Sequence record: MK308676.1
DNA length: 64,000 nt
Direction: 5' to 3' (one strand)
Positions 19,971-29,823 of this stretch are shown in pieces. Positions within the stretch are counted from its first letter, which is position 1. Each line of letters starts with the position of its first letter. The position numbers and the translations under genes were made by a program. The notes beneath the pieces were generated by a model. It saw nothing but the letters and a program-made list of their open reading frames with translations, did not search any database and was not told where the DNA came from.

Positions 19971-21044
19971 TTATAGCTGTAGGAACGCGTTCCTGTAAAT
20001 GAAACGCTGAGCCAATGATGTTTCACTGACAGGTACTGCTGCAAAGGTACGGAAAGACAAAGCCATGTTTCTGGTTCTGTCATGTGCGGAAAGAATCGTA
20101 ACCGTATGTTCGGACGCATAGCGCATGAACTTCATAGAAGGCGTAGACACGCCGTTGCGGTCTATCTTATCCCAGTTAGCATCTAAAGCATCTAGTCTCG
20201 CTATAAGCTTTTCCGCCTCAGCGTGGTAGATGGATGGTGACGCTCCAACTGGAAGACGATAACCGTAGAGTAAACCCTTCACGGTATCCTTTCTTATCTT
20301 AGGACTTATGTTCGTCGGACCTTTAGATATTAAGTCGTCAATGTAGTCCCAAAGACCGGATTCAGCAAACGATGGTAGCAAGTCACCAAACAGAGTTTTC
20401 TTCTCTTCGGCACTCAGTGTGCTGTCGTCGTTAATCCAATCAATGATTTCTTGACCTAGGCCAGTTCTCGCTAACTTATCAGCGATAGAGAAACGGTTAG
20501 CTAACTGTAGGACCTTGTCCATAGTTACTGTATCGCGAGGTAAAACTCCGGCGGCCTTTCCCCATAGAGACTGGATGTTCTTAAAGTCCCAATTGCTGCC
20601 GAGTCTGTATTGGTCACGATACTTCTTAATGTTCGTAAGGAACGACTTATAGTCAATGTTGTCTAGACCAGAGAACAGATTAAAGTCGACCGACCCTTTA
20701 AACTTCTCTGCCCACTCCGCTAAGAATGGAACGTCAAAGTCCCCGAGCAGACTGTTTAGGTCTACGCCCGAAGGGAGGTTACGTTTTATCCCATCCAGGG
20801 CGTTGTTTAAAGTGAGACCAGACTCAGCTAAGTATTCTTGCGTAAGTGGGTCGTTGATGATGTCTAAAAGCTTATCGGCTTTTAAATCTGGATATTGTTC
20901 TGACAGGATTTGTAACCCGGCGTCAGAGGTAGGGTTCTGGATAAACTTATCTAGCTCCCCTTGCTTATAGGCGTCTATTACTTCGAGCCCCTGCGTTGGC
21001 TTCGTGCCAAAGCTAGTTCTACTAAGAATGGATTTGGCAGACAT
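19971..21044 (-). CDS. hypothetical protein, probably virion-associated
   Basis: 357-aa ORF with a GGAG RBS; convergent with the baseplate gene. Confidence 0.7.
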   Translation of the reverse strand: MSAKSILSRTSFGTKPTQGLEVIDAYKQGELDKFIQNPTSDAGLQILSEQYPDLKADKLLDIINDPLTQEYLAESGLTLNNALDGIKRNLPSGVDLNSLLGDFDVPFLAEWAEKFKGSVDFNLFSGLDNIDYKSFLTNIKKYRDQYRLGSNWDFKNIQSLWGKAAGVLPRDTVTMDKVLQLANRFSIADKLARTGLGQEIIDWINDDSTLSAEEKKTLFGDLLPSFAESGLWDYIDDLISKGPTNISPKIRKDTVKGLLYGYRLPVGASPSIYHAEAEKLIARLDALDANWDKIDRNGVSTPSMKFMRYASEHTVTILSAHDRTRNMALSFRTFAAVPVSETSLAQRFIYRNAFLQL

Positions 21045-21076
21045 TGTAATCTCCTTTTGTACTACTAGATTTTACG

Positions 21077-21114
21077 AAAAAAAAATAAGTTAGTCTCCCC
21101 GAAGGGAGACTAGC
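21077..21114 (-). terminator. intrinsic terminator with a long U tract
   Basis: Minus strand TAGTCTCCC-TTCG-GGGAGACTA-ACTTA-T9. Confidence 0.85.
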
Positions 21115-21116
21115 GA

Positions 21117-21425
21117 CTAGTAGGTAAGCTTATAGACGACTACTTCGCCTTGCTTAGCTCTGCGATTGAACCAAAGCTCGTTACCTATTTTAGTGATGGT
21201 ATTAAAGACATGCTTCTCTGTAACAGACTTCATCTCTTTGTCCCATGCTTTAATAAGCAGCGTGCTTCCGTTGTACTCGATTGAGTAAATGCCGGGGTCC
21301 CCTGTGCCAGTAAAGTAAAGGTCGCGTAAAAGCCCCTTCCCTTTAACCGGTAACATAAAGGCATCCTTTCTCGGCATGTTAACGCCGTACTTCTCTAAGG
21401 TTCTTACTAGGTCTGATGCCATCAT
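21117..21425 (-). CDS. hypothetical protein
   Basis: 102-aa ORF with GGAG RBS. Confidence 0.7.
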   Translation of the reverse strand: MMASDLVRTLEKYGVNMPRKDAFMLPVKGKGLLRDLYFTGTGDPGIYSIEYNGSTLLIKAWDKEMKSVTEKHVFNTITKIGNELWFNRRAKQGEVVVYKLTY

Positions 21426-21437
21426 AATTGGGTACTC

Positions 21438-21917
21438 CTATAAAGCCAAACAAATAAGCGCAGTCTTTGTATGCGCCAAGTGATTAGGCAGCGAATCCAC
21501 GCGATAGCTCTTGCGGTCACTCCACGGGAAAATTTCTTTACAGTTTAGACACATACAGTCTCGGTGTGAGACGCAGCACCATTCGGTTTCAGAAAGACCA
21601 ACGGTATGAACGCCATTGAAACGAACGACAAGTCCATGGTCGCATTTCGGACATGCTGTAAAGCGAGTGCTCTTAGTCTTCATATTCTGAAGCTTAGAGA
21701 GTTCTAAAGTAGGATAACGCGCAAGAATACTTTTCACATCCAGCCCCATCCCGTGGAACGTCTCTATCGCCCATGCTTGAGCGTCTACTCGGATTTTCCC
21801 CAAGGTCTTCATGTACTGGATTGCCTCGAAGCGGCGTACGCCGTTAGCCATCGCGGAGAAAGCATGCATTCGCTTCCATAGTTCTACGCGAACATCTTCC
21901 GGTATTCTGTTTTCCAT
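21438..21917 (-). CDS. hypothetical Zn-finger/ribbon protein
   Basis: CPKC...CCVSHRDCMCLNC cluster; GGAG RBS before ATG 21917. Confidence 0.65.
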   Translation of the reverse strand: MENRIPEDVRVELWKRMHAFSAMANGVRRFEAIQYMKTLGKIRVDAQAWAIETFHGMGLDVKSILARYPTLELSKLQNMKTKSTRFTACPKCDHGLVVRFNGVHTVGLSETEWCCVSHRDCMCLNCKEIFPWSDRKSYRVDSLPNHLAHTKTALICLAL

Positions 21918-21974
21918 TTTCTTCTCCAAAATTAAGTATAAAGAAAAGGAGAGTTCCGAAGAACCCTCCTCCCT

Positions 21975-22640
21975 TTAACGCAGATTTAGATAGACAAGTT
22001 CGTACGGTCGGCCCTTCGGCTTCAGTGCGACTTCCATCTTAATGTTGTCAAAAGCGCAAACCATAAGACCACGATAAAACATATTCCACATCATGCTATC
22101 TCTTACCAGAGCTCGCTTGAGGTTGGATTTGAGCCATTCGGGAACCTTACCAGTCTCCTCTTTGAACTTACGCTCATATGCCTTCTGTAGCTTAGGCCAG
22201 TCTTCCCCTATCTTCTCTGGGTACTCTTTGTGAATAAGGTCCCAAAGTACGCGCAAGATTTCACCTGGGTTCTGTTCATGAATAATCGGAATGTTGATTG
22301 AGACTCGCTTAGTCTCCCCGTTTTCAGTAAGCTCCATAGAGAAGCGAACATCTTCGAAGTTAAACACGCTGAGTCCCTGACAAAAACGTTCCCAGGTCAT
22401 CTTATCCTTAGCCAGGTCTTTAGGGATGTTTCCCTTAAGGTTTGTCGCTTTAGATTTCCCTATCGCCATGTTCAAGTCATAGATATAGTTCTGAAATAAA
22501 GCTTCCCAGATAGGAGCACGTACGTCAAGGTTATAGAGTGACAAACGCCAGAGTCTAGAAAGTACACAATTCACATTGCTGATAAGAGAGACGTCATTCT
22601 CCATCAGCTTGTATATTTCCTTCTTCTTATCTTCTGCCAT
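21975..22640 (-). CDS. hypothetical protein built from two homologous halves
   Basis: Repeated L..LW.L...W..L...Y...LK.N...L..D.M.W..F..GL.V..F pattern; GAGG RBS before ATG 22640. Confidence 0.75.
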   Translation of the reverse strand: MAEDKKKEIYKLMENDVSLISNVNCVLSRLWRLSLYNLDVRAPIWEALFQNYIYDLNMAIGKSKATNLKGNIPKDLAKDKMTWERFCQGLSVFNFEDVRFSMELTENGETKRVSINIPIIHEQNPGEILRVLWDLIHKEYPEKIGEDWPKLQKAYERKFKEETGKVPEWLKSNLKRALVRDSMMWNMFYRGLMVCAFDNIKMEVALKPKGRPYELVYLNLR

Positions 22641-22647
22641 TTTTACC

Positions 22648-23139
22648 TCACGGTTGAGAAATGCATCGTAACCACATAAGTGTATCGTGGGCGATGCGGT
22701 AATAACAGCCATTAACCCGGCTGTTGTGGGGACCGGTTTCTTCTAACGTCTTAGACAGTTTTACGATAGCTCGCAAAAGTCGTTCAGTTAGAACTTCGGC
22801 ATTGGTTCCTTCTTCATCAGTTCCCCACGGACCAACACTTCTAGCAGTAGCTACTGTGCCTTCAGGTTGGTAGGGTCCCTGTTCGACAGTGCGGTTACTA
22901 ACATGTTCCGCTTCGCGCACTAGGTGCCCGAGTTTATCGAAAAAGAAAACCTGTTCGTTTTCGCGCAGAGCCAAGAGATTAATCTCTATGTCTCTGAACC
23001 ATTTGTGCTGCTTAGAGATTGCCTCCAAAGCTTCCAATGAAGGAAAGTCAATCCTACCATGTTCATAGTAAGACTTCATTTCCCAGAGTGAAATCTTTCG
23101 CTGTAATCCCGCAAGCCGCTTTTTAACTAGCTTTAACAT
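22648..23139 (-). CDS. hypothetical protein
   Basis: 163-aa ORF, first gene after the candidate promoter at 23190-23211. Confidence 0.65.
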   Translation of the reverse strand: MLKLVKKRLAGLQRKISLWEMKSYYEHGRIDFPSLEALEAISKQHKWFRDIEINLLALRENEQVFFFDKLGHLVREAEHVSNRTVEQGPYQPEGTVATARSVGPWGTDEEGTNAEVLTERLLRAIVKLSKTLEETGPHNSRVNGCYYRIAHDTLMWLRCISQP

Positions 23140-23189
23140 AGGCCTATGTCTCTAATTAAGTAGTGGACGTAAGCATTTATAGAATGCTA

Positions 23190-23211
23190 CATAATAGTAA
23201 TATAGGTTTTA
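23190..23211 (-). promoter_or_regulatory. candidate early (vRNAP) promoter, copy 2
   Basis: Minus strand TAAAACCTATATTACTATTATG contains the phiKZ early-promoter core TATATTAC; heads a run of small minus-strand genes. Confidence 0.6.
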
Positions 23212-23236
23212 TTTTTACTTGATTGAGGAACCTACC

Positions 23237-23689
23237 ATGGCAGAAATTAGCCCCGAGCAAGCTGAAGAGCTTGCAAACCAAGCCGCAGCCGACACTCAGA
23301 ATTCTTACCAGCTTTTAGACTGGTTAGAGGAAGACCCTGCGAAACGAATCGCTCGAGTGCAGCAGGTCCGTATGCACTTATTGCAGACCAACGGCTACAT
23401 CGACAAAGAACAAGCGAAGATGTTGAAAGATATCACATCTACCGACTTAGGCCTAATGCGTCTGGATGTAGACAAAGACAATGCCAATGGTTTGGCGGCA
23501 CTTTCTACAGCCGTGGCAGAAATGTTCATGCAGCGTACAGAAGCTCCTTTCCGTACAATTGATGGTCCAGCAACAGCTGACGCCGCTCCTCAGTTGGAAG
23601 CCGAAGAGTTAGGCGATAAGGAAGTTCCAAATTGGGCCCTTAGCCAAGAACTCGCCGATATCCAATACGAAGAAATCATAACGAAATAA
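23237..23689 (+). CDS. acidic hypothetical protein
   Basis: GAGGA RBS before ATG 23237; 150 aa. Confidence 0.75.
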   Translation: MAEISPEQAEELANQAAADTQNSYQLLDWLEEDPAKRIARVQQVRMHLLQTNGYIDKEQAKMLKDITSTDLGLMRLDVDKDNANGLAALSTAVAEMFMQRTEAPFRTIDGPATADAAPQLEAEELGDKEVPNWALSQELADIQYEEIITK

Positions 23690-23695
23690 TAAAAG

Positions 23696-23725
23696 ACCTC
23701 TGTCTCCCGCAAAGGAGACAGAGGT
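23696..23725. terminator. bidirectional terminator
   Basis: ACCTCTGTCTCC-CGCAAA-GGAGACAGAGGT between convergent genes. Confidence 0.8.
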
Positions 23726-23736
23726 AATACATCACC

Positions 23737-24420
23737 CTAGGCTGGGATGATAAACGAGAAGTCATCCAGGGGCACTGGAGTGACATCTATTGCAACGCGC
23801 AATGTCCGTTTAACCTCTTCTACGACCTCAGCAGGCGGTAGGCCCATATCCTTATGTTGGATGTAGGGGTGGATAGTTTCCACTCGAGGTATAGGACACT
23901 TCGCGAGTGCCTGGTTATGAACATTCAACCAGCTGTCGAAGTCGTAAGTAATGAACAACTCAAACTCGCTTAGTAATGAAGGCGTTATGAGTCCCAAGTC
24001 TAACGAGACGAAATCCACAGCATGGAACTCGGTCGCATAGAGCAATGTTTCTCTTAACTGCTTTCTATGTTCATCGGGTAACTTGTACGGATACAGGTTA
24101 ACCACAAGGGTTGTCACAGACTCATTAACTTTGCTAACGTTCTGTGCGTAAGTGGCGCGGGCAAACATCTTTAGTCGGCTCACAATTGAAGTCATTGCAG
24201 ACTTTGTGATATGTCCGTATGTTCTGCCCGCATATGTGTCTTCGAAGTCCTTTTGAGGAAACCCCGGAATGAGTCTGTCAAACTTATCGTCCAGACGCTT
24301 GAAGTAACGTTCGTCCTTTGCTAACACTTCGGCATGCTGTGGCCACAGGCCAGCGATAATACCGATGCGTGTGTCCAATAAGCTATCCAAGTCAACGAAG
24401 GCTTTAACGTTTTCTATCAT
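23737..24420 (-). CDS. hypothetical protein with an N-terminal HAD-like DxD motif
   Basis: AFVDLDSLLDTR near the N-terminus; ATGA overlap with the upstream gene. Confidence 0.6.
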   Translation of the reverse strand: MIENVKAFVDLDSLLDTRIGIIAGLWPQHAEVLAKDERYFKRLDDKFDRLIPGFPQKDFEDTYAGRTYGHITKSAMTSIVSRLKMFARATYAQNVSKVNESVTTLVVNLYPYKLPDEHRKQLRETLLYATEFHAVDFVSLDLGLITPSLLSEFELFITYDFDSWLNVHNQALAKCPIPRVETIHPYIQHKDMGLPPAEVVEEVKRTLRVAIDVTPVPLDDFSFIIPA

Positions 24421-24851
24421 TGGTCAAGGTCCATGAGTTCGAGCATTCGACAGAAGATAAGCTCTGGAAATTTAGAGAGCTCTTCTCGCAGTGCTTTCTG
24501 TTCTTCTTCCTTTAGACGGAAAGAACATGAAACTCCGTCTAAGAAACGTGCCAGTTCATCAGGTGACTGGATGCCGCGCGTAACGGCTTTGTCCATGTAC
24601 TGACGCATCGTAGTATGAATGCCATAACTGCGAAGCTTCTCCAATAGTTCTGTTTTACGAGAACTAGAAGGGTCAGGGCCACAGATGTCATACTTAACTT
24701 TAGAGATTTCGATAACAAGCTCTAAGGTAGAAGTGTCTTCGATGAAAGGCTGTGAAAGGAAGTGCAGGACTTCCTTATTGAAAGCCGGAAGCATGTCCAG
24801 ATATTCTCTGCGCGGTCCCGGCATTTCGATTTTCTTATCTTTGTTAAACAT
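24417..24851 (-). CDS. hypothetical protein
   Basis: 144-aa ORF within a tightly packed operon. Confidence 0.7.
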   Translation of the reverse strand: MFNKDKKIEMPGPRREYLDMLPAFNKEVLHFLSQPFIEDTSTLELVIEISKVKYDICGPDPSSSRKTELLEKLRSYGIHTTMRQYMDKAVTRGIQSPDELARFLDGVSCSFRLKEEEQKALREELSKFPELIFCRMLELMDLDQ

Positions 24852-24859
24852 AGTTTATC

Positions 24860-25525
24860 CTACAAGGTTGAGGACAGACCCATGCCTCGCAATAGCTTGT
24901 TAGTCGTACTGATAATCTTCGGACGACTATTAGCGTCGATGATTGGGCCTAGAGAGAAACCGCCGGTATCTCGAATCTGTTCCATCATAGAACGATAAGC
25001 TTCTTTATCACCGCCACGGACTTTAATCAGCTCAATGATGCCTTGGGCATTGCCCTTAGCATTAAGTGCTGTTAGTTCCGGTAGCGACATAGACGCTGAT
25101 TTAGAGTCACCAGTAACCTGACCTGAAAGTTGGTCAACCACTTTGTTAGACGATGCGGTACTGCGCTTCTTAACCAAGTGTTGAATCTGTCGACGTACCT
25201 GCAATTCCAAGATAAGATAACGGACAGGAGATAAGCTTGTCTCACGTGTAACTGAGTCAGTCATTTCGATACGCTGGAACCAGCTAATACCTAATTTTTC
25301 ACCGACCTTCATTACATGTTCGTAATCCATGCCTTCACCTTCCATATTGAAAGAGCGAATAGCGAGTACGTCTTTCTCGTCACGAATGAGCTGCATCATT
25401 GCATCGAACTCTTCGTCCGTTAAGCGAGCAAAGAGTTCTTTATACAGTTCTTTGTTACGAACTGGGGCTTTAACTTCATCTAGAAATTTAAGCCATTCAG
25501 TTTCTACCTTTTTACGGTTAGCCAT
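24860..25525 (-). CDS. virion RNA polymerase beta C-terminal subunit (phiKZ gp149 / SPN3US gp218 family)
   Basis: QVRRQIQHLVKKRS...VDQLSGQVTGDSKSASMSLPELTALNAKG parallels the beta C-terminal KLHHMVDDK...QQPLGG...GEMEVWALEAYG segment. Confidence 0.75.
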   Translation of the reverse strand: MANRKKVETEWLKFLDEVKAPVRNKELYKELFARLTDEEFDAMMQLIRDEKDVLAIRSFNMEGEGMDYEHVMKVGEKLGISWFQRIEMTDSVTRETSLSPVRYLILELQVRRQIQHLVKKRSTASSNKVVDQLSGQVTGDSKSASMSLPELTALNAKGNAQGIIELIKVRGGDKEAYRSMMEQIRDTGGFSLGPIIDANSRPKIISTTNKLLRGMGLSSTL

Positions 25526-25534
25526 GTCGACTCC

Positions 25535-25801
25535 TTAGAAAGTTTTCAGTGAAGGGAGCCAAACATTATTGAATTGGTGTTTGAAATGCTTATCGTCAGT
25601 AATGCCGATAAACGTAGGCTCCAGGGCAGCCTTCTCATTGGCAGTGAGAGAAGACTGGGTCACGGCGAGTCTGACGACTTCCGTTAGCCATAAAATTTGA
25701 CTATCTTTGGAAACCTTTACTTCTTCAAATAACTTCCACGTGGCCGACTGACCTATCGCGTCGGAAAGACCCCGCGCGACGTGGCCTTCTAACTTCTTCA
25801 T
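25535..25801 (-). CDS. hypothetical protein
   Basis: 88-aa ORF with a 1-nt stop/start overlap. Confidence 0.65.
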   Translation of the reverse strand: MKKLEGHVARGLSDAIGQSATWKLFEEVKVSKDSQILWLTEVVRLAVTQSSLTANEKAALEPTFIGITDDKHFKHQFNNVWLPSLKTF

Positions 25802-26169
25802 TATTTGAGTTCTCCACAGTACTCAAAGTCAATGCCTCGTTCTTTACACATGGCCTCTATTATGTCGACTAATAGAAGCCTGTGACAGAACTTACCTGCC
25901 TTACACCAACAGCCTAAACAAAGCGTTTCAGAAGTCAACAAGTCTTCCCAGAAGTCTGGGTCTAATTCATAACTCTTCCTCATCATCTCGTTAAACACGG
26001 CCGCGTATCTCTCATCGGTCCAATAAGGGTCATTGTTTTTATGACCCATGACCATCTCCCATGAGGGAGCGAGTTGAGACCAGCCAGACTTTATTGATGT
26101 GTCAATGAAAGGAACGCCTATCTCTCTAGGCAGTTCCGGTTTCGTGACTTGGCAGGTATATAGTTGCAT
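25801..26169 (-). CDS. DUF488-like protein
   Basis: LAPSWE...LCLGCWCKAGKFCHRLLLVD motif. Confidence 0.6.
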   Translation of the reverse strand: MQLYTCQVTKPELPREIGVPFIDTSIKSGWSQLAPSWEMVMGHKNNDPYWTDERYAAVFNEMMRKSYELDPDFWEDLLTSETLCLGCWCKAGKFCHRLLLVDIIEAMCKERGIDFEYCGELK

Positions 26170-27632
26170 TACTTACGGTCGCCAATTTTCCAGTGTTCTT
26201 CGATAAGAGTTTTCTTATCGTCTTTTAGGAAGTAAGGATGGTATTCACCTGCTGCAACGCGAAGTAAGTCTAGAGTAGACAGGAATGGCTTCTGGCCTTC
26301 TTCGTCTTCTAGGTACATCCAGTAACCGCGTGTATCAAGCAGTTGCTCAATGTCATAACCTTGCTTAGCGATGCGGTCAAATACTTCCGCCGGTTCAACG
26401 TGTAGGTTCTCGTCTACATTACGCCAAATCTTGCGCATCTGTAGCATTTCAGATGTGAACTCTAGAGCACGTTTAACTTTAGGGTTCTCTTCAATGATGC
26501 GGCGAATAGTCGTACGCTCCATTGTTACATCTGGGTAGAGGTCAAGGTGATAACGACGGTCATTGCCGCCAATGCCGAACTTCTTGTTCTCTTTCAAGTA
26601 CAAGTATTCAGTTAGACCAACTTTAATACCTTCAGTCTGAGAAACAACAATAGGGAAGTAGATACCAGACTGACCACCTTTGTTACGAGAGTTAACCGCA
26701 GTGATGAGGAAAAGGTCATTACCTTCTTCACGGTCAGCAGCGATTAGCGGGAACAGAGGAGCTTTGTCTGCTTGGTTCTTAAGCGGTTTAGTGTTAAGCA
26801 CTTCTACTAAGTGGTCGTTGATGTATTGGAACTTCTCAGGTACACCTTTCGCTTTCGCACCGTTCTTAGAGAACGTTAGTTCGATAGGCTTAGGAGCGTA
26901 CGGGTCCATTTCAATACGGTTACCGATGTGAGCAGTACAGCTGAAGTAAACATCACCTTGCACAGTAACGTTAGGCAGCTGGATAATCATTTGCGTTTTA
27001 GCAGCACCATCTTTCATGAACATGGTGTTGTTCTTCGCATCGCCGATTTCGTTCTTGTCAACAATCTTGTCGTCAACAGAAGCTACAGAGAACGCAGACA
27101 GAGAGTCACAGACAGCGTGAGTCGCAGCCATGCGCTGCATCATGTCGCCTTTAGAGTCACGAATAGGGAGAGTACGCATAATGCTTCTAGCATTCTTCTG
27201 CTTCTCTTTAGACATGTCTTTAACAAGGTCGAACCATTTCTCACCACCTAGGTCAGCTTTCTGCATGAACATAAGTAGTGGGTCTTCGCTGTATGCTTGC
27301 TGAGCAAAGTCCGTACCACGCAGATTAGGCATGTTCATTGCAATACGGTTAAAGCGAGTGTATTTCAGTGAGTTCTCTGTATCGTACACAACGGCACGGT
27401 GAGAAGGGTAGCGGTCTAGACACGTCATTGTCGGGAATAGAACCAAGTCCGTCTTAAACGAGTTACCTGGGCCTGTAAACGAGGTGACGAAAGACTGACC
27501 GCCCATGAGTACCATTTCACCACGAATACCTTTTACATAAGTGCCCTGAGGAATGTCAAAAAGGCAACCGATATTAAAGGCAGGGCGAATAGGTGGTGCA
27601 ATGAATTCTTGCCCTTTAAATAGGTTAAGCAT
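26169..27632 (-). CDS. recA: RecA/UvsX-like recombinase (phiKZ gp152 family)
   Basis: Walker A GPGNSFKT, YDTE, and Walker B-like AVCDSLS. Confidence 0.85.
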   Translation of the reverse strand: MLNLFKGQEFIAPPIRPAFNIGCLFDIPQGTYVKGIRGEMVLMGGQSFVTSFTGPGNSFKTDLVLFPTMTCLDRYPSHRAVVYDTENSLKYTRFNRIAMNMPNLRGTDFAQQAYSEDPLLMFMQKADLGGEKWFDLVKDMSKEKQKNARSIMRTLPIRDSKGDMMQRMAATHAVCDSLSAFSVASVDDKIVDKNEIGDAKNNTMFMKDGAAKTQMIIQLPNVTVQGDVYFSCTAHIGNRIEMDPYAPKPIELTFSKNGAKAKGVPEKFQYINDHLVEVLNTKPLKNQADKAPLFPLIAADREEGNDLFLITAVNSRNKGGQSGIYFPIVVSQTEGIKVGLTEYLYLKENKKFGIGGNDRRYHLDLYPDVTMERTTIRRIIEENPKVKRALEFTSEMLQMRKIWRNVDENLHVEPAEVFDRIAKQGYDIEQLLDTRGYWMYLEDEEGQKPFLSTLDLLRVAAGEYHPYFLKDDKKTLIEEHWKIGDRK

Positions 27633-27718
27633 GAGGTGTCTCCGTTTGTCAAATATTGTAGGTAATACTTTCCTAGACCATTGGCCAGGTCTATTTCAAA
27701 TCACAAGAGTACTCTAAA

Positions 27719-28585
27719 ATGAACATTCATCAATTAGCTAACCAGTTAGCACGAGAAGTTCAAGAAGGTGATGAAATTTCCATGGAATCTTTCGATTCTT
27801 TCTTTGGATATTTGAGCGCCTTCCGAAACAAACTCTCAGTACAAATCACAAAGCTTTTTAACGAAGATTTTAAAGCGCTTGACGTTACTCCAGAGACATA
27901 CGCTAAGCTCGAGTCTCTCCTGTCTCAAAAAGGACTTGATTACAACGACATTGCTAAAGTAGTCATCTACCGCCCAGAAGCAATGACTAGCCCTATGGTG
28001 GATTTCACCAAAGAGCTTTACCAACAGTTTGCTTTGATGGGTTCACTACAAGACCGCCTATATCGCCCTGCGATTAGCTGGTTCGCTCAAGCAGCTTCCC
28101 GTGATGAGTTCATGGAGAAGGTGTGGAAAGACAAAAACCTTCTTATGGTTGATGTCGAGAAACTGCAGAAAGAAATGCGTCGTCACTATAAGAACGACCG
28201 TGGACGTGAAGGTCCAGACATGGAATCTGTAGCGAAGCTTTATGGGTCACTTCGTCAGTTTGACCAAACACAACAGAACCTACATCTTTTAGCCGAAGCT
28301 GGTAAGCAATTCGACTTGAAGATTCTTAAGGATGCGGAAGAAACTCTTTCTATGCACATCATGGAACTTATTAAAGCGACTGATGAGCGTCAGGAAGAAG
28401 GTCAGGAAATCAAAGACATTCCTGAAGGTACCCGTAAGCGCCTTGCCGAAGTGTTGCGCCATATCGCCATGGAGACCGAATACTTCTCGAGTCTAACCTT
28501 CCTTGCTACTACGGCAATCACATCTTGGAACGACAGCCTAGCTAAAATCGAAGCTGCGTCAGACGAACTTAAGAAAGAGAAATAA
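27719..28585 (+). CDS. head/inner-body protein with a putative propeptide
   Basis: Acidic N-terminus ending in EISME|S, a protease-type site. Confidence 0.6.
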   Translation: MNIHQLANQLAREVQEGDEISMESFDSFFGYLSAFRNKLSVQITKLFNEDFKALDVTPETYAKLESLLSQKGLDYNDIAKVVIYRPEAMTSPMVDFTKELYQQFALMGSLQDRLYRPAISWFAQAASRDEFMEKVWKDKNLLMVDVEKLQKEMRRHYKNDRGREGPDMESVAKLYGSLRQFDQTQQNLHLLAEAGKQFDLKILKDAEETLSMHIMELIKATDERQEEGQEIKDIPEGTRKRLAEVLRHIAMETEYFSSLTFLATTAITSWNDSLAKIEAASDELKKEK

Positions 28586-28588
28586 GAA

Positions 28589-29809
28589 ATGAACTTATTA
28601 CGTCAAGCGATTGCTGAGTCGCTCAAAAAACAAGCAGACGAAGAAAAATACCTTGCGCCGGAAGGCTCAATGGAACCTGAACTAAAAGAAGATGAGATTG
28701 CAACTATCTTCGCCGAATACGAGCAAGAGAACGCAGACCTTGTCGACGCGATGCATATTTATGCTAAGCTGGAAGAGATTGAAGCTCGCGCTGGCAACTC
28801 TTCTCCTGAAATGATTATCTACGCTGTTAACGAAGCACTAGTGAAAGTTCCTGAACTTCAACTGGATACTGTTTCTATGGAATCGGCTAACGACGAGTTA
28901 ACCACTGAAGTTGCAATGCTGGGTCTGGAAGACGTTAAGACTAAACTAAAAGACTTTATCTCTGGCGCTATGAAAACAGTAAAAGAGAAAATGTCTAAGA
29001 TTGGTCGCGCAGTTAAAGATACGTTCCGTACTGAGTATGGCCGTGCTAAGTCTATGTTAGAAGTATTAGACCAAGGCAAGGGCATGAAAGACGCTGCGGT
29101 TAAAGTATCTTCTGGTTACGTTCCTTACTTCCAGGTTAACGGTAAAGCGATTAGTCTGCAAGACGGCCTTAAGCGCATGGCGGCTTCTAGCGTTTACAAG
29201 AACCACAAAGCAATCACTGGCGGCTTCTACGCAGCAGCTAAAGACGTAACGTTTGATGAAGCAGCAACTGTAGGTACTGGCGTGGCTCGCGCATCTCGTG
29301 CTATTCTGGAAGGTGCTAACGCTAAGATGGTGAAAGAAGTAGACGGCGTACGTGCTGGTCCTGACATCACTCTTTACGTAGCAGACGAAGGTCTACCTAA
29401 CGGCCACAAAACGGTGTTCGCCGTGAAAGAGTCTACTCAAGGCGGCGAAGATACTACGTTCCTAGCATGGGGCCGTACAATAAATGATGGGCGTAAAGCT
29501 AAGAAACTAGCAGGCGACATCACTCTACAGCTAGGCGAGTCTGATGCGCGTACCGCACTTAAGACTATTATGCAGCTTTCCATGAACAACGATAAGCAGT
29601 ATGATGAGTACGCTAAAGGCTACTGGGATGCTATCAGTGCTTACTGGAAGATGATTGATTCTAATACCTTCAATGGTGAACGTGCGCTTGCTATCTCTCG
29701 CATGGAGAAGAACTTCTTTGCTATGGCCGCTCACTTAGACGGCTTCTTCTTTGCACAAGGCTCAGCTTACAAAGCGTATGTTGGCGCTATCAAAGCGTGC
29801 ATGAACTAA
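28589..29809 (+). CDS. phiKZ-like internal head protein (gp93/gp162 / SPN3US gp53-54 family)
   Basis: Long acidic propeptide with SME, SME and GLE sites, then a K..I...K..I....K coiled segment typical of the family. Confidence 0.7.
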   Translation: MNLLRQAIAESLKKQADEEKYLAPEGSMEPELKEDEIATIFAEYEQENADLVDAMHIYAKLEEIEARAGNSSPEMIIYAVNEALVKVPELQLDTVSMESANDELTTEVAMLGLEDVKTKLKDFISGAMKTVKEKMSKIGRAVKDTFRTEYGRAKSMLEVLDQGKGMKDAAVKVSSGYVPYFQVNGKAISLQDGLKRMAASSVYKNHKAITGGFYAAAKDVTFDEAATVGTGVARASRAILEGANAKMVKEVDGVRAGPDITLYVADEGLPNGHKTVFAVKESTQGGEDTTFLAWGRTINDGRKAKKLAGDITLQLGESDARTALKTIMQLSMNNDKQYDEYAKGYWDAISAYWKMIDSNTFNGERALAISRMEKNFFAMAAHLDGFFFAQGSAYKAYVGAIKACMN

Positions 29810-29823
29810 GATACAAAGTTATC

